This document shows positions 25,469-32,000 of a DNA stretch of 32,000 bases, piece by piece. Under the pieces are notes generated by a model. The model saw nothing but the letters and a program-made list of their open reading frames with translations, searched no databases and had not been told where the DNA came from. The stretch is from Alphaproteobacteria bacterium (GTDB taxonomy: Bacteria; Pseudomonadota; Alphaproteobacteria; Rs-D84): assembly GCA_017475605.1 (NCBI GenBank), contig JAFVFD010000005.1, forward strand, positions 240,001 through 272,000, written 5' to 3'. The first letter of the stretch is position 1. The number at the start of each line of letters is the position of its first letter. The translations under genes and the position numbers were made by a program.

Positions 25469-25477
25469 ATTATATCA
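25469..25477 (-). promoter_or_regulatory. Extended -10 promoter (TGATATAAT) for the structured RNA
   Basis: On the minus strand TGATATAAT reads from 25477 to 25469. The -35 is weak (ATTCTT) and the upstream sequence is T-rich. Confidence 0.5.
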
Positions 25478-25518
25478 TATAAAACACAAAAAAGAATATA
25501 TTTTGTTTTATTCGTATT

Positions 25519-25629
25519 TTGTCATTGCGAGGGAGTGAAACGACCGCGGCAATCCAGCAATACACTTATGCACGTATCATCGTTGCAACATATTTACTGG
25601 ATTGCTTCGCGTATGCTCGCAATGACAAA
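25519..25629. repeat. Palindromic (MITE/REP-like) element with GTCATTGCGAG...CTCGCAATGAC termini
   Basis: The outer arms are TTGTCATTGCGAG (25519-25531) and CTCGCAATGACAA (25617-25629). The inner arms are GCAATCCAG (25549-25557) and CTGGATTGC (25597-25605). It is intergenic and there is only one copy in the window. Confidence 0.65.
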
Positions 25630-25630
25630 C

Positions 25631-25655
25631 AAAAAACCGCCCGAACGGGCGGTTT
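25631..25655 (-). terminator. Intrinsic terminator after yebC
   Basis: The hairpin is AAACCGCCC-GAAC-GGGCGGTTT. In the minus direction it is followed by UUUUUUGUUUG. Confidence 0.8.
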
Positions 25656-25670
25656 ACTAACCACTCTTCA

Positions 25671-26387
25671 CTAATTCGCGGCGGTGAATACCTTTTGGAC
25701 ATCATCGTTGTCGTTCAACGCATCGACTAACTTTTCAACCTTGGCATATGCCTCGTCGTCAAGGTCCATTGGCATATTCGGAATCCATGTCAATTCCGCG
25801 TTTTCCGGTTCGCCCAACTTGTCCGCCAATGCCTTTTGCACCGTCATAAAGTCATCTGGCTTTGTTGTGATAATGAAACCCTCTTCTGAACTTTCCAGGT
25901 TATCCGCACCCGCATCCATAACGATTTCCATCATTTCATCCTCGGTTTTGCCGACACTTGCCGGATACATAATTTGCCCTGCACGTGTGAACATAAACAC
26001 AACGGAACCTTCTTCGCCCATGTTGCCACCATTTTTGGCAAAGATATTGCGAACTTCGGGCACTGTGCGACGTGGGTTGTCGGTCAATGCCTCGACTATC
26101 ACTGGAACGGCACCCGGGCCATAGCCTTCGTAACGCACCGCAACATAGTTTTCGGTGTTCGCGCCGGATGCCTTATCAATCGCGCGTTTAATATTATCGT
26201 TCGGCATAGAGTTTTTACGTGCCTGTAAAATAGCCAGGCGCAAACGCGGATTATTATCCGGATTTGGATCGCCCAACTTTGCCGACATTGTTATTTCACG
26301 CGCCAATTTGGTAAATAAACCGCTGCGCGCCGCATCAACCAGCCCCTTTTTGTGCTGAATATTGTGCCATTTACTGTGCCCACTCAT
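25671..26387 (-). CDS. yebC: YebC/PmpR family DNA-binding transcriptional regulator
   Basis: 238 aa with the signature N-terminus MSGHSKWHNIQHKKG and family-wide conservation throughout. Confidence 0.9.
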   Translation of the reverse strand: MSGHSKWHNIQHKKGLVDAARSGLFTKLAREITMSAKLGDPNPDNNPRLRLAILQARKNSMPNDNIKRAIDKASGANTENYVAVRYEGYGPGAVPVIVEALTDNPRRTVPEVRNIFAKNGGNMGEEGSVVFMFTRAGQIMYPASVGKTEDEMMEIVMDAGADNLESSEEGFIITTKPDDFMTVQKALADKLGEPENAELTWIPNMPMDLDDEAYAKVEKLVDALNDNDDVQKVFTAAN

Positions 26388-26389
26388 AT

Positions 26390-26418
26390 TTGACCTTTTG
26401 CTTTTATTGGTTTAGAAT
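26390..26418 (+). promoter_or_regulatory. Promoter for ruvA (TTGACC-17-TAGAAT)
   Basis: The -35 TTGACC is at 26390-26395, the spacer is 17 nt and the -10 TAGAAT is at 26413-26418. The ribosome-binding site AAAGGA precedes the ATG at 26438. Confidence 0.45.
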
Positions 26419-26437
26419 TACGACAAAAGGATAACAA

Positions 26438-27022
26438 ATGATTGGAAAATTGCAAGGTATTGTTGATTATATTGGCGATGGGTTCGTAATCATCATGGCG
26501 GGCCCCGTGGGATACAAGGTTTATACCCCCGAATACCTGACCCCTAAATCAACCGTGACCCTTTGGATTGAAACGATTGTGCGCGAAGATTCCATACGCC
26601 TGTTCGGGTTTAGCAGCATTGCCGCCCAAAACATTTTTAACCAATTAACAACCGTTTCTGGTGTTGGACCAAAGGTTGCACTGGCAATCATGGGCACAAT
26701 AAAGACCGATACCCTGATGTCTGCAATTGCGACGGGCGATGCAAAAACAATCGCAACCGCACCGGGCGTTGGTAAAAAGGTTGCGGAAAAAATCATTGTT
26801 GAATTGAAAAACAAAATCGGCGGCGCATCATTTGACTTTGGCGGCGCGACGGGGGCGGATGCGGCGGGCGCCCTGCCCGATTTACTGGCTGCATTGGAAT
26901 CCCTGGGCTATCGCCGTCTGGACATTATTGATATGGCGCAACACCTGGTTGCAGAAAACCCGGGTGCCGATGTCGCAACATTGGTTCCAATGGCACTGAA
27001 ACAAATAAGCGGGAACAGGTAA
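26438..27022 (+). CDS. ruvA: Holliday junction DNA helicase subunit RuvA
   Basis: 194 aa with an OB-fold N-terminus, two helix-hairpin-helix motifs (VSGVGPKVALAIM, APGVGKKVAEKII) and a C-terminal domain III. Confidence 0.9.
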   Translation: MIGKLQGIVDYIGDGFVIIMAGPVGYKVYTPEYLTPKSTVTLWIETIVREDSIRLFGFSSIAAQNIFNQLTTVSGVGPKVALAIMGTIKTDTLMSAIATGDAKTIATAPGVGKKVAEKIIVELKNKIGGASFDFGGATGADAAGALPDLLAALESLGYRRLDIIDMAQHLVAENPGADVATLVPMALKQISGNR

Positions 27023-27023
27023 T

Positions 27024-28325
27024 ATGAATAACGATACAATTTTTGCATTATCAAGTGGACACGGGAAATCGGGCGTTGCGGTTATTCGCATATCGGGCGA
27101 CAACCTTTCTGATTTTGCGGAACGCATTATTGGCAAATTCGGAATACAACCCCGCCATGCATATTTTGTAAATCTTTCGGACGATGCGGGTGAAATCATT
27201 GACCAGTGTATTATTACATATTTTGCAGCGCCACAATCATTCACCGGAACCGATGTTATTGAAATTGCATCGCATGGCGCACCGGCGGTTATAAACAAAA
27301 TCTTTGAATTTTTATCGGCGCACAATATGCGTATGGCAACACCTGGCGAATTTACCCGCCGCGCATTTTATAACAACAAAATGGATTTGACCGATGTTGA
27401 TGGCTTGGCGGCATTGTTGGATGCCGAAACAGATGTTCAGCGTAAATCGGCATTGGCGGGAATGATGGGGCGCGACGGCAAAATCTATGACACATGGCGG
27501 TCGCAGATGATAGAGATTGCAGCATACAGCGCTGCAATTCTGGACTATGATGCGGACGATTTGCCGAAAAACATTGGGCAAACGGTGCGCGAAAAAATCA
27601 AACAATTATACACTGAAATTGAAAATGCATTATCGCGCTATGCGGCGGCGCGTGCCATACGCGGCGGTTTTAATATCGCATTGGTTGGTGAAACAAATGT
27701 CGGTAAATCATCGCTGTTTAATCAAATCGTGGGAACAAACCGCGCAATTGTTTCCGACATCCCAGGCACCACACGTGATGTTGTGTCGGCAACATTAGAC
27801 ATTGACGAATACCTGGTAAATGTTTCCGATACGGCGGGCCTGCGCGAAAATACAGATGATAAAATTGAACAAATCGGAATTGAAAGAACGAAAAACGAAA
27901 TTGAAAATGCGGATCTTATAATTCGTGTATATACTGGAAAACCAAGCACAGACAAAATCGCCGATAATGAAATTGTTGTTATAAATAAGTCAGATTTGTT
28001 AAAATCAAAACCAAATAAAAAAGCGATTTATGTTTCTGCAAAAACTGGCGATGGATTGAATGAATTACTGGGCGCAATTCGCACACAATTACATAAATTG
28101 ACGGATGGCTCGGAAAATATGTTGGTTATCAACGCGCGAACAAAGTGTTTATTGGAAACCGCGCGTGATGAATTGAAATCTGCAATGGAAATCCGCGGCG
28201 AAAACTTTGATTTAATAAGCGAACATGTACGCGCGGCGGCGGATGCAATCGGAAAAATATTGGGGCAAATCACCGCGGCGGACGTTATGGATGCAACATT
28301 TTCACAGTTGTGTTTAGGTAAGTAG
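27024..28325 (+). CDS. mnmE: tRNA uridine-5-carboxymethylaminomethyl modification GTPase MnmE
   Basis: 433 aa with G-domain motifs GETNVGKSSLFN, DTAGLR and NKSD, plus the C-terminal CLGK motif. It starts 1 nt after the ruvA stop. Confidence 0.95.
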   Translation: MNNDTIFALSSGHGKSGVAVIRISGDNLSDFAERIIGKFGIQPRHAYFVNLSDDAGEIIDQCIITYFAAPQSFTGTDVIEIASHGAPAVINKIFEFLSAHNMRMATPGEFTRRAFYNNKMDLTDVDGLAALLDAETDVQRKSALAGMMGRDGKIYDTWRSQMIEIAAYSAAILDYDADDLPKNIGQTVREKIKQLYTEIENALSRYAAARAIRGGFNIALVGETNVGKSSLFNQIVGTNRAIVSDIPGTTRDVVSATLDIDEYLVNVSDTAGLRENTDDKIEQIGIERTKNEIENADLIIRVYTGKPSTDKIADNEIVVINKSDLLKSKPNKKAIYVSAKTGDGLNELLGAIRTQLHKLTDGSENMLVINARTKCLLETARDELKSAMEIRGENFDLISEHVRAAADAIGKILGQITAADVMDATFSQLCLGK

Positions 28326-28357
28326 TTGTTCGTCGTTGGTGGTTAGTGATTAGTATA

Positions 28358-28390
28358 ACACCGGTAAAAGCCAGTGTTAATTATTTTCTT
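28358..28390 (+). terminator. Weak hairpin plus U-rich tail after mnmE
   Basis: The hairpin ACACCGG-TAAAAG-CCAGTGT (one mismatch) is followed by TAATTATTTTCTT. It overlaps the stop of the convergent GNAT gene. Confidence 0.3.
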
Positions 28391-28929
28391 GCCGTATTCA
28401 CCCATACACGATGTTCACCATGGCCATCAACAATTGTATCCGGTAATTGTTCACCACCATATAATTTCATCAGCCCCATAATTGCCCGAAACGATGCCCG
28501 ATTATTCTCATCACACGTCATCAACACGCGTTTTAAGCCTAATTTATGCGCCTTAACCATGCACATTTTTATACCAACAAAACTTGAATATTTCCCACGA
28601 TATTTTGGTGAAATATTTACCGCGATATGTCCGCCCATCTGTTCCAGTTTCGGTGTTAATTGGTGCCTTATTGAAAACGAACCAACCCAATCATCATCAT
28701 CCATCAACCAAAATGTTGTGCTTGGCACATAACCATCTGGCAGATTTATTCCACGTTCATTATTTTCAATCTGCTTGAAAAAACCATCTACATTATTTGA
28801 TTCCAATGCCCTTTCCAGCGGTGTTATATCAACATGTTTAAACCGGTTTGTGTCTTGTTTATAATCATCCCATGCCTTTAAAAATGCCTGCAAATATTTT
28901 TTTGATGGTTTTACAAGTTTTAATGTCAT
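28381..28929 (-). CDS. GNAT family N-acetyltransferase
   Basis: 182 aa. The acetyl-CoA-binding-type core is ISPKYRGKYSSFVGIKMCMVKAHKLGLKRVLMTCDENNRASFRAIMGL. The N-terminal LVKPSKKYLQAFLKAWDDY resembles the COG3981-type predicted acetyltransferases I recall. Confidence 0.7.
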   Translation of the reverse strand: MTLKLVKPSKKYLQAFLKAWDDYKQDTNRFKHVDITPLERALESNNVDGFFKQIENNERGINLPDGYVPSTTFWLMDDDDWVGSFSIRHQLTPKLEQMGGHIAVNISPKYRGKYSSFVGIKMCMVKAHKLGLKRVLMTCDENNRASFRAIMGLMKLYGGEQLPDTIVDGHGEHRVWVNTARK

Positions 28930-30512
28930 TATTCTTCCACTTCAATACTGTCAATCAATGTTTGTTTAACAGGGGAAAGTTTGACGGGCTTGTAATTTTC
29001 ACTAACAATTGGGTCGCGGTCGTCTTCGGGTAATACCGTTACCACATCAACCAATTGCGCATTTGATTGCGCCGTCATATTTGCGCCATATGTTTTTGAT
29101 TTATACTTGCCACTTATGCGTTCCGGCAAAGTAATATAGTTCATTGGATTCACACCACGTGTCTGTAATGGAACTGTTGTTTCAATCGGTGTAATGTGCC
29201 GCTGTTCGATATTATAAATCGGTGTCATAAAGTCAGCCGGCGCATTTTTCACAACGCGTGGTGTACCGTCGCCGGTCAATTCCATAATACGCAGTCCGCG
29301 TTCACTGGCCCCCGTTGGCCGCAAACGCACCGCCCCATCAACCCCCGCATAGCCAGACGGATCCAACAAATACGCATTCTGTAATTTATCAGAATACAAC
29401 ATTCCAATTGCCAGATTTGCCGCATCATATCCGAACGATGCGATGCGCGATGGCTTTTCACCCGCAATGCGTTCATAATTTGCGACAAATGTTTCATCTG
29501 TATCCGGCAACGCGGCATATTTTGCGCCCGTCATTGTTATATCATTTGCGATATCCGCACCGTCCCACATAGCCGTTCCGTAAAACGCAACATCGCGATT
29601 ACCCACACCAAAATAGCGCATAAATGATGCCAGCGATTTTGTATCGTCCCCCGTCCCCAGAAATAAAACCGCATCATACGGTAAATCGCCCAGTACATCA
29701 TGCTTGGACAAGCGGTCCATTTGACGCAGGACCGACGAACGTTCAATTGATGTTAATTTTTCATTTGTTAAAACATCGGATAATATTTCACGTGCCCGCT
29801 TGTGTGCCGCGGTACGTGCCACATTCATTGATGCACGTTCCGTTGCAGATTTGATTGAATCAGTATCTTTTTCAGTATAGAAAAACGCACCCGCCAATTG
29901 AACATTATGTATATCAGATGCCCCCTGTGCCGCACCAGCCAAAAGGTGTCCCGATTCCGTATCCGGTGCCAACACCACAAAACGACGCACACCGTCGGTG
30001 CGCATTTCACGAACAATAGCCTCGATACTGTTTGTCGGCATCAATGCCATTGTCATAACCCCATCGCCAATTGCGGTTGCGTCCGATGTAAACGATAATA
30101 CCGGCAAATCATATGGTTTTGATTCACGCAACATACGCGCATCATTTGCGAACAACGGTCCAATAATAATTTCTGGATTAGAAGCCAATGCATCATTTAT
30201 CGCATCTGCCCCGCGCGCCGAATCAAAGAATGATACGGACAAATTATCCGCCCCGGTGGACAAAGTCGCCATTTCAACCGATGTACGAATTGCGCGCCCG
30301 GCCGCCGCGGCATCGCCACTTGTTGGCAAGATAACAGCAACACGATGGTTTGCCGCATCATTATATGCCCCATACATCATCGATGCAGGTGTGGTTGTCG
30401 CATCGTTATAATCAACCGACCAACGACCACGCGGACCACCCGCGCATCCCACAAGCAGCCCACACAATGCCAAAAATCCGAAAATTCTTTTTATATACAT
30501 TGAAAAATCCAT
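28929..30512 (-). CDS. LpoA/LppC-like lipoprotein (penicillin-binding protein activator family, periplasmic-binding-protein fold)
   Basis: The lipobox is LLVGCAG. The body is a type-1 periplasmic binding fold (VAVILPTSGDAAAAGRAI..., IIGPLF, VLSFTSD). It lies divergent from rsmI, as lpoA (yraM) and rsmI (yraL) do in E. coli. It also has a roughly 110-aa C-terminal extension. Confidence 0.6.
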   Translation of the reverse strand: MDFSMYIKRIFGFLALCGLLVGCAGGPRGRWSVDYNDATTTPASMMYGAYNDAANHRVAVILPTSGDAAAAGRAIRTSVEMATLSTGADNLSVSFFDSARGADAINDALASNPEIIIGPLFANDARMLRESKPYDLPVLSFTSDATAIGDGVMTMALMPTNSIEAIVREMRTDGVRRFVVLAPDTESGHLLAGAAQGASDIHNVQLAGAFFYTEKDTDSIKSATERASMNVARTAAHKRAREILSDVLTNEKLTSIERSSVLRQMDRLSKHDVLGDLPYDAVLFLGTGDDTKSLASFMRYFGVGNRDVAFYGTAMWDGADIANDITMTGAKYAALPDTDETFVANYERIAGEKPSRIASFGYDAANLAIGMLYSDKLQNAYLLDPSGYAGVDGAVRLRPTGASERGLRIMELTGDGTPRVVKNAPADFMTPIYNIEQRHITPIETTVPLQTRGVNPMNYITLPERISGKYKSKTYGANMTAQSNAQLVDVVTVLPEDDRDPIVSENYKPVKLSPVKQTLIDSIEVEE

Positions 30513-30548
30513 TTATTTCTGTAATATTTTACTATAAAGGATTTAAAA

Positions 30549-31349
30549 ATGCAATCAGGGCTTTACATTGTTGGCACACCTATTGGAAACCTGGGTGATT
30601 TTTCCCCCCGCGCAATAGAAGTTTTGCGTGGTGTAGATTTAATTGCCGCCGAAGATACACGCGTGTTTGGTAAATTGGCATCGCACTTTGATATCAAAAC
30701 AAAACGCGTATCATGCCACGATCACAACGAACGCGATGTTATACCAGAATTGATTGAAAAATTGCGCGGTGGCGCATCAATCGCGGCGGTGTCCGATGCC
30801 GGTATGCCGGGGGTAAGCGATCCTGGATTTCGCCTTGTGCGTGCGGCACGCGCGGAAAACATACCTGTATTTGTTGTCCCCGGTCCCACTGCGGCAATTT
30901 CCGCATTGGTATTATCAGGCTTTCCAACGGACCGTTTTACCTTTTGTGGTTTTTTTGATCCTAAAAAATTACACGATGACAACCGTATTCGCCACACTAT
31001 AATTTATTATGAAAGTCCTAATCGCATAATGGACACTATCGCAGATTTGGCGCGTGTTATGCCCGAACGACAAATTGCAATTGTTCGTGAAATTACAAAA
31101 ATACACGAAGAAGCAATTATTGGTTATCCCGCAGATTTAATGCACATAGCGGCCCCACGCGGTGAAATTGTAATTGTTGTTGCGCCCGCCCCTGACCACA
31201 AAATGTCAGACACTGAAATAAGTGATATTGTAAATGATATCGCGGCAACATCGACAAAATCTGCGGCGGCGGATTTGGCGGCACGTGCCGGCATATCAAA
31301 GAAAGAGGCATACAAACGCATGCTTGCCAAGGGGGACAACAATGATTAA
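30549..31349 (+). CDS. rsmI: 16S rRNA (cytidine1402-2'-O)-methyltransferase RsmI
   Basis: The motifs LYIVGTPIGNLGD, AEDTR and SDAGMPGVSDPG place it in the tetrapyrrole-methylase-fold family. Confidence 0.9.
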   Translation: MQSGLYIVGTPIGNLGDFSPRAIEVLRGVDLIAAEDTRVFGKLASHFDIKTKRVSCHDHNERDVIPELIEKLRGGASIAAVSDAGMPGVSDPGFRLVRAARAENIPVFVVPGPTAAISALVLSGFPTDRFTFCGFFDPKKLHDDNRIRHTIIYYESPNRIMDTIADLARVMPERQIAIVREITKIHEEAIIGYPADLMHIAAPRGEIVIVVAPAPDHKMSDTEISDIVNDIAATSTKSAAADLAARAGISKKEAYKRMLAKGDNND

Positions 31350-31896
31350 ATTTGTTGGTGGATTTGAAGCAGTGGAATCTTTACCCAAAACCCAATTTGC
31401 CGAATATGCGTTTGTCGGGCGCAGTAATGTTGGTAAATCATCATTAATTAATGCGATTGTTGGTGTGCCTGTTGCACGCACATCGAACACACCGGGACGC
31501 ACACAGACATTAAATCTTTTTAACATGGACGATAAAATTATGATTGTGGACCTGCCGGGATATGGTTATGCCCGCGTATCACGCGCGGATGCGATGCGAT
31601 GGTTAAAAAGATTAGAAGAATACTTGTTGACCCGCAGCCAATTAAAACGGTTGTTTATTTTGATTGATTCGCGCATTGGCCCACGCGATTCTGACCTGGA
31701 CTTAATGGACTTCTGTGATACAAACGCGATTCAATATCAAATCGTGTATACCAAGCGGGACAAGCGCACACGCAAAGAAAACCAAATAAAAATAAACCAT
31801 ACCGAACATGGTGCGATGGTACCTGAAATAATTGAAACATCGGCCGAAAAGAAAACAGGCATTGAACCTTTAAGGAAAATCATTGGCATCAAATAA
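31342..31896 (+). CDS. engB: Ribosome biogenesis GTP-binding protein EngB (YsxC/YihA)
   Basis: The motifs GRSNVGKSSLINA, DLPGYGYA and TKRDK are present. I prefer the ATG at 31342, which overlaps the rsmI stop (ATGATTAA). The track start at 31234 would add 36 arginine-rich residues that overlap rsmI. Confidence 0.9.
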   Translation: MIKFVGGFEAVESLPKTQFAEYAFVGRSNVGKSSLINAIVGVPVARTSNTPGRTQTLNLFNMDDKIMIVDLPGYGYARVSRADAMRWLKRLEEYLLTRSQLKRLFILIDSRIGPRDSDLDLMDFCDTNAIQYQIVYTKRDKRTRKENQIKINHTEHGAMVPEIIETSAEKKTGIEPLRKIIGIK

Positions 31897-32000
31897 AAAT
31901 ATATTTTACGCAACAAACCCCGCAAATATGTTGGACGCACTTTGGCGAACAATAGACGCGTCAGGTGTTGCGTTATCTGATATATTGCTTTTTTTACCAA

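Noticed and set aside
25328-25660. A 110-aa plus-strand ORF spanning the intergenic region between the OMP gene and yebC.
   Set aside because: It reads through the antisense of the structured RNA, then through the palindromic repeat (giving the tell-tale CHCEG...WIASRMLAMT pseudo-peptide) and the yebC terminator. It is not a credible gene.
31234-31341. The N-terminal 36-codon extension of engB given by the track, and similar upstream extensions at 15020 (GT-A gene), 14229 (RgpF-like), 10964 (orphan) and 21909 (mltA).
   Set aside because: The extensions overlap upstream genes or promoters and encode atypical peptides. Internal ATGs with ribosome-binding sites or start/stop coupling give the expected N-termini.
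31737-32000. An 87-aa minus-strand ORF entering from the window end. Separately, a possible plus-strand start at 31927 (MLDALWRTIDASGVALSDILLFLP...).
   Set aside because: The minus ORF would overlap 160 nt of engB convergently and has an odd composition. The plus-strand fragment has 24 codons, no ribosome-binding site and no recognisable motif. Neither can be supported from the sequence available.
1-32000. A whole-window scan for CRISPR arrays, tRNA/rRNA genes, transposases or integrases other than xerD, phage genes, toxin-antitoxin pairs, reverse transcriptases and known defence-system signatures.
   Set aside because: None was found by eye on either strand. The accessory content is limited to the glycosyltransferase block, the OMP/lipoprotein/RNA segment, the S51 peptidase gene, the GNAT gene and the orphan gene.

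Overview
This 32-kb chromosomal window has alphaproteobacterial-type gene content; the exact lineage cannot be determined from this sequence. I call 37 protein-coding genes. Most are housekeeping: yajC-secD-secF, greA-mutL, an LptF/G-family permease, xerD, trxB, serS, typA, recA, secB, mltA, ruvC, yebC, ruvA, mnmE, rsmI and engB. secF is open-ended at the window start and absent from the ORF track. A 43-aa membrane ORF before xerD is also below the track cutoff.

Several things stand out from the core:
- An AT-rich six-gene glycosyltransferase block (12.9-18.9 kb) lies between typA and recA. It includes a Stealth-family hexose-1-phosphotransferase but no priming, polymerase or export gene.
- An AT-rich outer-membrane beta-barrel plus lipoprotein operon (23.9-25.2 kb) sits in the usual yebC-ruvCAB neighbourhood.
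- Just upstream of that operon is a roughly 190-nt structured RNA with its own extended -10 promoter and intrinsic terminator (6S-like rod, or a cis-leader).
- Next to the RNA is a roughly 110-bp palindromic repeat element.
- An orphan 150-aa helical protein is driven by a consensus sigma-70 promoter.

I found no CRISPR array, tRNA, rRNA, transposase, phage gene or recognisable defence system. All family assignments come from motifs read by eye. No database search was run.
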